A DNA stretch of 32,000 nucleotides, from positions 1,260,001-1,292,000 of the forward strand of contig NC_013202.1 of the NCBI RefSeq assembly GCF_000023965.1, read 5' to 3'. The notes under the pieces are model-generated. The model ran no database searches. It was given only the letters and a program-made list of their open reading frames with translations, and was not told the DNA's origin. Origin of the DNA: Halomicrobium mukohataei DSM 12286. Its GTDB lineage: Archaea; Halobacteriota; Halobacteria; Halobacteriales; Haloarculaceae. Position numbers and translations under genes: made by a program. This document shows, one piece after another, positions 16,731 to 24,912 of the stretch (positions within the stretch are counted from its first letter, which is position 1; each line of letters begins with the position of its first letter).

Positions 16731-17299
16731 GCGACGACGATCCCTTCGAACGGCTCGACGACGTCGAGCGAGAGGGCGATCCCTTCGAGCAGTTGGACGA
16801 CGAGGCTACGGCCGGCGCGGACGGTGACGAGCGAGCGGACGACGCCGACGACGGGTCCGCCGGTCCCGACGGCTCACCGCAGCGAGACGGTGACGCCGAA
16901 CCCACGCTGCCAGACGATCCGTTCGGCGAGTTCGACCGCGACGACGCGGCGACGGCCGACCGGGAGGATCCGGCAGTCGATCCGTTCGCGGACGTGCCCG
17001 ATCGCGACGGCGACCCCTTCGGCGGCGGCGAGAGCGCCTTCGAGCAGGTCGACGTGGGCGAGATCGACGCCGACGCCGTCTGGGAGTCGATCGACGACGA
17101 TAGAGAGCCCGAGGTGCCAGAAGAGAGCCGATACGCCGAGGTGTCGAAACACGCCTACTGCGAGCAGTGTCCGTTCTTCTCCGAACCACCGGAGGCCCAC
17201 TGTACCCACGAGACCGCCGAGATCGTCGAGTACCTCGACATGGACCGGGTCCGGCTGTTCGACTGTCCGGTCGTCGCCGAGCGCGAAGACCTGGAGTGA
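16727..17299 (+). CDS. Poly-acidic protein with five DPF motifs and a C-terminal Cys4 domain
   Basis: The GTG start overlaps the upstream stop (GTGA at 16727-16730). DPF motifs are DDPFERL, GDPFEQL, DDPFGEF, VDPFADV and GDPFGGG. The C-terminus is YCEQC-x10-C-x20-C. Confidence 0.7.
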   Translation: MSDDDPFERLDDVEREGDPFEQLDDEATAGADGDERADDADDGSAGPDGSPQRDGDAEPTLPDDPFGEFDRDDAATADREDPAVDPFADVPDRDGDPFGGGESAFEQVDVGEIDADAVWESIDDDREPEVPEESRYAEVSKHAYCEQCPFFSEPPEAHCTHETAEIVEYLDMDRVRLFDCPVVAEREDLE

Positions 17300-17309
17300 C
17301 GCTACAGGT

Positions 17310-18230
17310 CTACGCGAGTTCGGCGACCAGCTCGACGGCCAGCTGTGCGGCCGACTCGGCGGTCTCGCCGAGCACGTACGTGATCGGTTCGATCCCGAAC
17401 GCTCCCTCGTGGTAGACGACCCGTGGCACGTCGCCCCGTCGCTCGAACTGTTCGCGGAGCCGCTCGGAGCGGTCGTCGTAGTCGGCGTCGAACTGTAACG
17501 GCTCGATGTCGCGTTCGCGAGCGGCCGCCAGCAGCGCGTCGTCGGTCGCGAGGTTGAGCGCCCCACCGATCGACGGATCGACGGCCCGAGCCGCGAGGAT
17601 CACCGTCGACACGTTGCTGGAGGCTCCAAACTCCGGTTCGGAGGGCACCTCGACCCGGCCCGCCATTGCGTGGATGCGGCCCGGAATCGCCGCCACGTCG
17701 GTCAGGTCAGTCGCCTCGGGGAGCGCCGTCCCGACGTTCGTGCCGACGTTGGGGATGGCCTCCGCCATCCCGTCAGCCGTCGACAGGAGGCGGGCGGCTC
17801 GCCGGACGGTCGCCAGCGTCTCGCGCTCGGTCGCCAGCGCGGGGTCGTCGCCCCGGACACAGAGGTCACAGCCCAGTCCCCGCAGGGCCGGCATCGCGTC
17901 CTCGTGGAGCGTACAGATCGGTCCGCGATCCTCGAACGCGGCGATCAGGTCGAGCAACTCGGCCAGCGCGTCGTAGCCGTCCATCGATCCACTCGCCAGC
18001 CCGGCGGCGATCTCCTCGACGGTCGCCTGTGTCCGTGGATCGCCCGCGACTGGTCCCGTTCGGTCGAGTTCGCCGTCCAGATACGTACTCACTGCGGCCT
18101 GGGTCACGCCGAGGTGGTCGGCGACGGCCTGCTGTGTCAATCCCTCGTCGGCGAGTTCGCGTGCGAGCATCGCGCGGACCCGCGGGAGGACCTCCTCGAC
18201 GACGATCTCGCTCGGCAAGACCAGCGACAT
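17310..18230 (-). CDS. HTH domain + ThiN (thiamine-phosphate synthase-like) domain protein, ThiR-like regulator
   Basis: Starts MSLVLPSEIVVEEVLPRVRAMLA. LTQQAVADHLGVTQAAVSTYL is an HTH. The C-terminal half (IPNVGTNVG...IPGRIHAMAGRVEVPSEPEFGASSNVSTVILAA) resembles the ThiN family. ATG 18230 has a TATA box ~25 nt upstream. Confidence 0.8.
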   Translation of the reverse strand: MSLVLPSEIVVEEVLPRVRAMLARELADEGLTQQAVADHLGVTQAAVSTYLDGELDRTGPVAGDPRTQATVEEIAAGLASGSMDGYDALAELLDLIAAFEDRGPICTLHEDAMPALRGLGCDLCVRGDDPALATERETLATVRRAARLLSTADGMAEAIPNVGTNVGTALPEATDLTDVAAIPGRIHAMAGRVEVPSEPEFGASSNVSTVILAARAVDPSIGGALNLATDDALLAAARERDIEPLQFDADYDDRSERLREQFERRGDVPRVVYHEGAFGIEPITYVLGETAESAAQLAVELVAELA

Positions 18231-18252
18231 GGCGGCCGTTCGGACAGGGTCG

Positions 18253-18258
18253 ATAAAA
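18253..18258 (-). promoter_or_regulatory. TATA box (TTTTAT on minus strand) for the ThiR-like gene
   Basis: ataaaa at 18253-18258 is centred ~25 nt upstream of start 18230. Confidence 0.45.
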
Positions 18259-18412
18259 GTCGTCCGGGCCGCCGCGTGCGGCGAGTTGGCAGCCCCAGCC
18301 AGCGCCGAGTAGACGTTCACGATATCTTACACGCTTCTGGCGGCCTCGACGGGAAACACCCGCAGGCGGGCTGGCGATCTACCACTCGGTAGTACAATGC
18401 GGTTCAGCACTC

Positions 18413-18418
18413 TTTTAT
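18413..18418 (+). promoter_or_regulatory. TATA box (TTTTAT) for the Nramp-like transporter gene
   Basis: Centred ~27 nt upstream of ATG 18442. It is the same hexamer as the divergent promoter. Confidence 0.45.
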
Positions 18419-18441
18419 GTCCGACCGTGAAGGTGTGGGCA

Positions 18442-19764
18442 ATGAGTGGTGAAACGACTGCGGCAACGAGATTCGGGCGTGGGACAGTCCGTTCGTACGT
18501 CGACGAGATGGGGCCGGCGTGGGTCGCCGGTGCGATCGCTGCCGGCCCGGCGACGATGGGGAGCCTGCTGTCGGCGGGGGCCGGCTTCGGCTACACGCTG
18601 CTGTGGGTCGTGATCGTCTCCGCGGGGGCGGGCGCGCTCTCGCAGTTCCTGGCGATGCGGCTGGGCCTGCTGACCGAGCGCGGCATCGTCGCCGTCGTCG
18701 AGGACGCGCTCGGTGAGAGCTGGGCGTGGCTGCTCGTGGCCGACGCGGTGCTGGCCTCCGGTGTCGCACAGCTGGTGATCATGAAGACCGTCGCCGGGGT
18801 TTCGGCGACGATGACCGGGATCGACGCCGGCATCTGGGGCGTGATCTGGGGGCTCGTCCTCGCCGTCGGACTGGCCGGGCGGGGCTATCGCTTCCTCGAA
18901 CTCGCCGCGAAGCTGCTGGTGTCGCTGGTGGTCCTCGCCTTCGTCGCCTCGCTGTTCGTCGTCCCGATCGACGCGGGTGCGGCCGCGGCCGGACTCGTTC
19001 CGTCCCTGCCCGCCGGAAGCGCGGTGATGGCGGCCGGCATCGTCGGCGGGGCCGTCCACATCACGCTCATCACGATGCACTCCTACACGATGCGGGCCCG
19101 CGGGTGGACCGAGCGAGACAGCGACCTGGCGACGTTCGACATCGGCGCGTCGATGCTGCTCGTCTTCGGGCTGTACAGCCTGGCGATCTTCCTGGTCGCC
19201 GCGAGCGTCCTCACGTCGACGGATCTGACGACGATCGGCGCGGCACAGGCGCTGGGTCCGATCGCGGGGGACAGCGCCCAGTGGCTCTTCCTCGTCGGCC
19301 TGGCCGGCGCGGCCGTCTCGACGCTGGGTGCGAACACGATCGTCCCGCCCTTCCTGATCGCCGACAAGTTCGGCTGGGACACCGACGTGAGCGACGCCCG
19401 CTACCGGGCGCTGCTGGTCGGCGTCGCGCTGCTGTCGATCCCCGGTGCGTTCATCCCCGGCAACGTGCTCGGACAGCTGGTGTTGATCCTGGCGGTCGGC
19501 ACGCTCGGGACGCCCTTCGCGATCGCGATCGTCCTCTACCTGCTCAACACCGACACGGTCTCGCGGCAGAACTCGACGGCGACCAACCTCGGCGGCGTCG
19601 CGCTGCTCGCCGTCACCGGCGTGCTCGCGGCGAACTTCGTCCGCGAACAGGTGGCTGCCGGCGTCGGTCCGCTCTCCGGGTTCGTCGTGACCTTCGGCGC
19701 GGCGATCGCGCTGGCGACGCTCGTCCTCGGGGGCAAGTACGTCCGCGAGGAACTGCTGGCCTGA
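18442..19764 (+). CDS. Nramp-family-like membrane transporter lacking the canonical DPGN motif
   Basis: GPAWVAGAIAAGPATMGSLLSAGAGFGYTLLWVVIVSAGAGALSQFLAMRLGLLTERGIV aligns to Nramp TM1-TM2 (canonical ...DPGN...GA.FGY.LLW...RLG..TG). About 11-12 TM helices. ATG 18442. Confidence 0.85.
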   Translation: MSGETTAATRFGRGTVRSYVDEMGPAWVAGAIAAGPATMGSLLSAGAGFGYTLLWVVIVSAGAGALSQFLAMRLGLLTERGIVAVVEDALGESWAWLLVADAVLASGVAQLVIMKTVAGVSATMTGIDAGIWGVIWGLVLAVGLAGRGYRFLELAAKLLVSLVVLAFVASLFVVPIDAGAAAAGLVPSLPAGSAVMAAGIVGGAVHITLITMHSYTMRARGWTERDSDLATFDIGASMLLVFGLYSLAIFLVAASVLTSTDLTTIGAAQALGPIAGDSAQWLFLVGLAGAAVSTLGANTIVPPFLIADKFGWDTDVSDARYRALLVGVALLSIPGAFIPGNVLGQLVLILAVGTLGTPFAIAIVLYLLNTDTVSRQNSTATNLGGVALLAVTGVLAANFVREQVAAGVGPLSGFVVTFGAAIALATLVLGGKYVREELLA

Positions 19765-20315
19765 TGTCGATCGAGAGCGGGCGGACCCTGATCGTCGGAC
19801 CCGCCAACGTCGGCAAGACGACGGCGACCGGAGAGCTGCTGGAGCAGTGGCTCACGGAGCACGGCACTGACGGCGTCGTCGCCCTCGATTTCGCCCCCGA
19901 GGTCGAACGCGACGGCCGGGTTCTGGGCGGTCGTCTCGACCGCGTGACGACGCTTCCAGCGGCGGTCGACTACCGCGCTCTCGACGCTCACGCACCGCGT
20001 TCGGAGGGGGCCGACGACGAGGCGGCGCTGGCGCTGGCCCGCGACAACGCCGACCGTGCCCGGGCGCTGTTCGCGGACGCTCCCGACGATCCGACGGCGG
20101 TGTTCGTCAACGACGCCACCATCCCGTTCCAGGCCGACGGCGACATCGGACCGCTGTGTGCGTACTGTGGGGCGGCCCAACTGGTCGTCGCCAACGCCTT
20201 CGCGAGCGACGAACTCGGCACCGGCGATCCCGTGTCGAGACACGAACGGACCGCGCTGACGGCACTGCGCGAGTGGGCCGATCGGGTCGTGACACTGGAC
20301 GACCCACGCGGGTGA
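19764..20315 (+). CDS. Small P-loop NTPase (GPANVGKTT), translationally coupled to the transporter gene
   Basis: Starts MSIESGRTLIVGPANVGKTTATGELL (Walker A). VFVNDATIPF is a possible Walker B. The ATG overlaps the upstream TGA (TGATG at 19762-19766). Confidence 0.72.
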   Translation: MSIESGRTLIVGPANVGKTTATGELLEQWLTEHGTDGVVALDFAPEVERDGRVLGGRLDRVTTLPAAVDYRALDAHAPRSEGADDEAALALARDNADRARALFADAPDDPTAVFVNDATIPFQADGDIGPLCAYCGAAQLVVANAFASDELGTGDPVSRHERTALTALREWADRVVTLDDPRG

Positions 20316-20357
20316 GTGCCCCATCGATGCGGCGCTCCGCCCTCCGGCGGCCGCCGG

Positions 20358-21086
20358 TCACTCCTCCTTGCCGGGCGTTTCGAGGACGAACTCCCACTCG
20401 TCGCCGATGTTCGGGTAGTGGGCTGCGAACTCGACGACCGTTTCGCGCCCCTCGCCGACGAACACCGTCTTCTCGTCGAACGTCGTCCGTTCGGCCGCTT
20501 TCGACTGGAGGCGTACGGTGACCTCACCTGAGGACCCGTCGTTCCGTATCCGAACGGTTCGGGTCGCGATGTCGGCCGTGAAGTAGTAGCCGTCGGCGTC
20601 GCTGGGCGGCTCGCCGGTCACTTCGACCGTCCGCCGTTCGTCCGCGTCGAAGAACACGGTCTTCTGTCGGTGTTCGCGGAAGCCGGCGGCGATCCGTCCG
20701 AGTCGCGAGTCGGGGATCTCGTCCTCGTCCGCCGACGTTCCCTCCGGGAGCCACCACATCGTCACCCGGATGTCACCCTCGACGCCGGTGTTCTGCAGCG
20801 TGAGCTCGAATGTGTCACTACCAGACGCGTCCGGGACGTGGTCAGACGAGACGATGCGGGGTTCGGTGTGGTCGACGGCGACGATCTCCATCGACCTGTC
20901 GCCGTCTTCCGGGACCGTCCCGAGGTCGTCCATGTCGATCCCCTCGACCGGCGTCTCGGACGGCGTCTCCGTCTGTGCGGCTTCTGCGGCGTCGTCGCCC
21001 ACCTTCGCACCCGTCTTGGCCAACTTCGAACAGCCGGCAAAGGCGGAGAGACCGAGCGTCGCGACGAGAGACCGTCTGGTTACCAT
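20358..21086 (-). CDS. Secreted lipoprotein, function unknown (Tat-like signal + lipobox)
   Basis: MVTRRSLVATLGLSAFAGCSK has a twin-Arg-like RR, a hydrophobic core and an AGC lipobox. The mature part is acidic and beta-rich. Confidence 0.8.
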   Translation of the reverse strand: MVTRRSLVATLGLSAFAGCSKLAKTGAKVGDDAAEAAQTETPSETPVEGIDMDDLGTVPEDGDRSMEIVAVDHTEPRIVSSDHVPDASGSDTFELTLQNTGVEGDIRVTMWWLPEGTSADEDEIPDSRLGRIAAGFREHRQKTVFFDADERRTVEVTGEPPSDADGYYFTADIATRTVRIRNDGSSGEVTVRLQSKAAERTTFDEKTVFVGEGRETVVEFAAHYPNIGDEWEFVLETPGKEE

Positions 21087-21178
21087 GTGCGCTCCTCATT
21101 TTCGATTGCAAAAAGCACCGGGGTCACGGCACCGAACACGAGTCTATATCCGTTCGAAGCGAGAAGTGAGGGGGTACA

Positions 21179-21502
21179 ATGCAGTTCTGCGACGACTGCG
21201 GTTCGATGATGCACACGGACGGCGACGAGATGGTCTGCAAGTCCTGTGGCAGTCGCGTCCAGAAGGACGCCGACCGGGCCGCCGAGTTCGTGAGCACCGC
21301 CGCACAGAGCGACGACGACGTGATCGAGACCGAGGAGGGCGCGAACTTCGAGGGCAAACCGACTGCCGAGGACGTGACCTGCGCGGACTGTGGCCACGGC
21401 AAAGCCTGGTACACGATCAAACAGACCGGCTCGGCCGACGAGCCGCCGACGCGCTTTTTCAAGTGCCAGGACTGTGGCAACCGCTGGCGCGAGTACAACT
21501 GA
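21179..21502 (+). CDS. tfs: Transcription factor S (TFS) / RNA polymerase subunit M-like
   Basis: MQFCDDCGSMM...CKSCG is the N-terminal zinc ribbon. CADCGHGKAWYTIKQTGSADEPPTRFFKCQDCGNRW is the C-terminal TFIIS-type ribbon with an acidic SADEP loop. Confidence 0.93.
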   Translation: MQFCDDCGSMMHTDGDEMVCKSCGSRVQKDADRAAEFVSTAAQSDDDVIETEEGANFEGKPTAEDVTCADCGHGKAWYTIKQTGSADEPPTRFFKCQDCGNRWREYN

Positions 21503-21604
21503 TACCGAATCGCGACTGCACACACTCTCTGGCCGGTAGTTATTAGATTCTGATATTGGAACCGCGGCTATTTACTTGCGAGCGGACTAGCGTCGAACGA
21601 CCGA

Positions 21605-23257
21605 ATGTCGGCTCTACTTGGGTTCTCACTGAAGGCCGTGTACGGCGTTTTCTTCCTGGTCGCTGCACTCGCCTGTCTCGGGAGTCTCGCCAGAGCGCGG
21701 ACCGTCGACGACCGAGACACCCGGTACGGACTGATCGGACTGTTGCTCACCTCGGGACTGTGGGCGCTGACGTATCTGGGCATCATCTACAGTCCCACGA
21801 CGGCGCTGAAGGTGGCGTGGTACACCGCCGGGCTCGTCGTCGGCTTCGGGACGGTCTTCGCCTGGCTGTACTTCTGCTCGGCCTACACCGACCGGACCTA
21901 CCACGAGGCCCGCTCGATGCAACTCGTCGGCCTCGGGCTGTACGCCCTGGTCGTGGGGATCAAACTCACCAATCCCATCCACGAGCGATACTTCACGGCC
22001 CAGATGGTGCAGGAGCCGTTCACGCACCTCGCGATCCAGCACGGGACGGTCCACTGGCTGGCGACCGGGCTGGCGTACGTCCTCGCGGCCGTCGGCCTGT
22101 TCATGCTGTTCGAGGCCTTCGCCAACGCGGGGTACGACACGCGGTCGCTGGGCGGGCTGACCGCGCTGACGGTGCTGCCGATCGCGCTGGACCTGGTGGC
22201 CTTCGAGTCGACGGCGCTGATCGACATCATCTACGCGCCGCTGGGGGTCGCGGCCTTCGCCGTCGGCGTGTTGTTCTTCGCTCGCGACCGGTTCCTCGCG
22301 ATCCAGTTGACCGGCGACATCCCCGAGCCGGTCGTCTTCCTCGACGAGGACGATCGGATCAGGGAGTACAACGACGCCGCGGCCCGGCTCTTCCCGACGC
22401 TGTCGGGGACGCGAGGCCGGTCGGTCACGGCCGCACTCCCGGTCGGTCAGGAGCTCTCGGGCCAGGAGATCGTCGCCGTCGAGGGCGACGAGACGCGGTA
22501 CTTTCTGGTCAACGCGAGTCCGCTGACCAGCGTCCAGTCGAACATCTGTCGGATGCTCGTGTTCGTCGACGTGACCAGACTGGAGCGCCAGCGCCAGGAA
22601 CTCGAACGCCACAACGAACAGCTGGAGGACTTCTCTGCAGGTATCAGACACGAACTGCTCAACTCCCTGCAGGTCGTCGGCGGCCAGGTCTCGGCGGCGG
22701 GTACGGCACTGGAATCGGGCAACGTCGGGCAGGCTCGCGAGACGCTGTCGACGGTCTCGCGGCGCGCCCGCGAGATGGAGACCGTCGTCGACGGACTGTC
22801 GACGCTGGCTCGCCACGGCCGGACCGTCGACGAACTGGCGCTGATCCGTCTCGACGAAGTCGTCGCCGACGCTCGCGACGCGGCCCAGCCGGACGGGGTC
22901 GCTGTCGACGGTCCGCCAGCGACGACTATCGAGGCCGATCGCACGCGGCTCCACGAACTGTTCGTCAGCATCTTCCGGTTCCTCTCGCACAACGGCGGCA
23001 CGGACGGACGCGTCGCGATCCGACCGGACGGGTTCGTCGTCGAGACGGACTGGGTTCCGCCCGAGGAACTGGCCGACGACGAGCTGTTCGAGTACTCCGG
23101 TGGGTTGACCGACACGAAGACCGGGCTCGCGCTACCGAAAGTGCGAACGCTGGTGCGAGTCCAGGGCTGGGAGGTGGCCCTGGAGCGGACGGGCGAGGGC
23201 TCGCGGATCGTCGTGTCCGGAGCGCGCGTCCGCGAGGACGTGTCCCCGTCGTCCTGA
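21605..23257 (+). CDS. Sensor histidine kinase with an N-terminal 7TM domain and a PAS-like segment
   Basis: About 7 TM helices occupy the first ~230 aa, followed by a PAS-like segment (VVFLDEDDRIREYNDAAARLFP...). The coiled HisKA-like part has FSAGIRHELLNSL. The C-terminal ATPase-like part is degenerate. Confidence 0.85.
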   Translation: MSALLGFSLKAVYGVFFLVAALACLGSLARARTVDDRDTRYGLIGLLLTSGLWALTYLGIIYSPTTALKVAWYTAGLVVGFGTVFAWLYFCSAYTDRTYHEARSMQLVGLGLYALVVGIKLTNPIHERYFTAQMVQEPFTHLAIQHGTVHWLATGLAYVLAAVGLFMLFEAFANAGYDTRSLGGLTALTVLPIALDLVAFESTALIDIIYAPLGVAAFAVGVLFFARDRFLAIQLTGDIPEPVVFLDEDDRIREYNDAAARLFPTLSGTRGRSVTAALPVGQELSGQEIVAVEGDETRYFLVNASPLTSVQSNICRMLVFVDVTRLERQRQELERHNEQLEDFSAGIRHELLNSLQVVGGQVSAAGTALESGNVGQARETLSTVSRRAREMETVVDGLSTLARHGRTVDELALIRLDEVVADARDAAQPDGVAVDGPPATTIEADRTRLHELFVSIFRFLSHNGGTDGRVAIRPDGFVVETDWVPPEELADDELFEYSGGLTDTKTGLALPKVRTLVRVQGWEVALERTGEGSRIVVSGARVREDVSPSS

Positions 23258-23267
23258 GCCGTCGCCC

Positions 23268-23295
23268 TTTTGCTCGCCGGCCGCCAAGGGCCGGC
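23268..23295 (+). terminator. Oligo-T (TTTT) plus GC hairpin downstream of the kinase gene
   Basis: cccTTTTgc lies at 23268-23271. A hairpin gccggcc 23276-23282 / ggccggc 23289-23295 follows, 11 nt after stop 23255-23257. Confidence 0.4.
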
Positions 23296-23296
23296 A

Positions 23297-23830
23297 GTGT
23301 CGACCCAGCCCACGACAGTCGAAGTCTACCCCGGCAAGGAGGCCGTGATCGACTTCGACCCCGCGCTGACCTTCGAGTGCGTCGAGGAGTGTACGTGGTG
23401 CTGTCACCACGGCGTCCTCCTGTACGAGAAGGACCTCATGGAGCTGGCTGCCCGGGAGAACCTCAGCGAGTCGACGACCCAGTTCCGCGGGCAGGACTTC
23501 GTCCGCCAGGAGCACAAAGACCGCGAGGAGCACGTCGACGAGGCGGGCCAGGCCTGCTTTTTCCTGCGCGAGGACGGCCTCTGTGCGCTGCACGACGAAC
23601 ACGACTGGAAGCCCGCCCGCTGCTCGGTGTTCCCGCTCCACGTCACCGTCGAGGAGGGTGACGCGACCGCTCGCGAGGGCGGGGACATGCACGTCTCGAT
23701 CCGCGACACCGCCCACGAGCACTGCGAGGGGCTGAACGTCTCCGAGCGCCTCGTGATCGAGCACCTCGACGGATTCTTACCCGAGCTGCTCTGGGAGCTG
23801 GACGACCCCGAGACCTACCGGGAGCTGTGA
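23297..23830 (+). CDS. YkgJ-family cysteine-cluster protein (CxxCxxCC, UPF0153-like)
   Basis: Contains ECVEECTWCCHHGV plus ACFFLREDGLCALH and ARCSVFP, all typical of the YkgJ zinc/iron-chelating family. The likely start is GTG 23297 (MSTQPTTVEVY). The listed ORF start 23270 is a TTG. Confidence 0.78.
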   Translation: MSTQPTTVEVYPGKEAVIDFDPALTFECVEECTWCCHHGVLLYEKDLMELAARENLSESTTQFRGQDFVRQEHKDREEHVDEAGQACFFLREDGLCALHDEHDWKPARCSVFPLHVTVEEGDATAREGGDMHVSIRDTAHEHCEGLNVSERLVIEHLDGFLPELLWELDDPETYREL

Positions 23831-23867
23831 ACGTGCGCTTCCCGGCGACGACAGTGGCGCGGTCTCT

Positions 23868-23917
23868 GTGACCGTCGCAGTGATCGTCGTAACGGTGAAT
23901 CGGCGGGCGACGGTCAC
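23868..23917. terminator. Perfect 11-bp inverted repeat between convergent genes (possible bidirectional terminator)
   Basis: gtgaccgtcgc 23868-23878 pairs with gcgacggtcac 23907-23917. The right arm overlaps the stop codon (23914-23916) of the ZIP-like gene. Confidence 0.4.
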
Positions 23918-24783
23918 ACCAGCATCCACGCGGCCACGACCGCGACGACGCCGACGATCGTCGAGGCGACGGCGTGGGTCCGGAGTTCGTCCAGCAGGTG
24001 GTGTGCGCCTTCCTGTAGCTGGACGACCTCGTCGATCTCGCTGCCGGCCTCGCACTTCGGGAGGAAGTCCATCGCGATGTGGAGGAAGATCCCGGCGGCG
24101 AAGCCGAAGACGATCGCCTTGACTGCCGGTGCGTCGGGAACGGACAGCAACGCCATCGGGATCGCCGTCAGTCCGACGCCCGCCGCGGGGAGCAACAGTG
24201 CCGTCGTCGACTTGCCGGCGCGGGCGAGTCGCCGGGCGGCGGCGTAGCCGGCGGGGCCTTTGTGCGAGACGATCGCGAGCCCGAGCAGGTAGCCCGGATC
24301 GGGCATCGAGGCGTAGACGAGGCCGATGATCAGGCCGGCCGACAGCGCGTGGGCCGTGATCTCCAGCGTGGTCACGTCGAAGGAGGTCTCGACGTGGGTC
24401 AGCCGGTGACTGATCGTGTGCGAGCTGTAGCCGACGGCGATGCCGGCGGCGACGCCGATCCCGCCCAGCCGTGCGGAGCCGGCACCCTGTCCCAGCCCCA
24501 TCGCCTGTGGGAGCAGGAACATCGCCGCGCTCGTGACCATCGCACCGCTGGCCAGTCCGTACCCCCAGACGAGCCGGTAGGCGTTGGTGGTCTCACTTCG
24601 GCCGCCGAACCACGCGCCGACGGCCATCGCCACGAACGCGACCCACCCGATGACCAGGACCTTCTCCGCGTCCAGCGCGATCGCCAGGGGCGAGAGCGCC
24701 ACCAGGGCGACGACGCCCGCGATCCCGGGAATCGAGAACCGATCCCGGATCGTTGTGAACCTTGACGCTTCGTTTGCAGCCAT
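23914..24783 (-). CDS. ZIP-family-like membrane transporter
   Basis: About 8 TM helices. The ZIP-like TM4/TM5 boxes read ITAHALSAGLIIG and IVSHKGPAGYAAA. The C-terminus GIFLHIAMDFLPKCEAG resembles the ZIP TM7 box. Confidence 0.7.
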   Translation of the reverse strand: MAANEASRFTTIRDRFSIPGIAGVVALVALSPLAIALDAEKVLVIGWVAFVAMAVGAWFGGRSETTNAYRLVWGYGLASGAMVTSAAMFLLPQAMGLGQGAGSARLGGIGVAAGIAVGYSSHTISHRLTHVETSFDVTTLEITAHALSAGLIIGLVYASMPDPGYLLGLAIVSHKGPAGYAAARRLARAGKSTTALLLPAAGVGLTAIPMALLSVPDAPAVKAIVFGFAAGIFLHIAMDFLPKCEAGSEIDEVVQLQEGAHHLLDELRTHAVASTIVGVVAVVAAWMLV

Positions 24784-24813
24784 GTTAATAACGCAAACAC
24801 TCTCGTTAATAAC
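24784..24813. promoter_or_regulatory. Direct repeat GTTAATAAC x2 (21-nt period) at the start and TATA position of the ZIP-like gene
   Basis: GTTAATAAC at 24784-24792 abuts the start codon at 24781-24783. The second copy at 24805-24813 sits at the expected TATA position on the minus strand (GTTATTAAC). Confidence 0.45.
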
Positions 24814-24880
24814 TCCGTCGGTAATCGGTCGACCGGCGGTCCCGGTTCGCCGACCCAGGCCCCTACAGGTTTGGGCCGCA

Positions 24881-24887
24881 ATTTAAC
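24881..24887 (+). promoter_or_regulatory. TATA-like box (ATTTAAC) for crtD
   Basis: Centred ~29 nt upstream of ATG 24913. Confidence 0.45.
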
Positions 24888-24912
24888 ACCGACGCCGTCT
24901 TTCGTTCGTGTA

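Noticed and set aside
23276-23300. Possible truncated fourth copy of the CTGCCGGCAG repeat (gccggcagtgtc shared with copy 3).
   Set aside because: Only ~12 nt match, in GC-rich sequence. The rest of the element (CTGTTTC, TCGCGA hairpin) is absent. This is more simply a local GC hairpin after an oligo-T tract.
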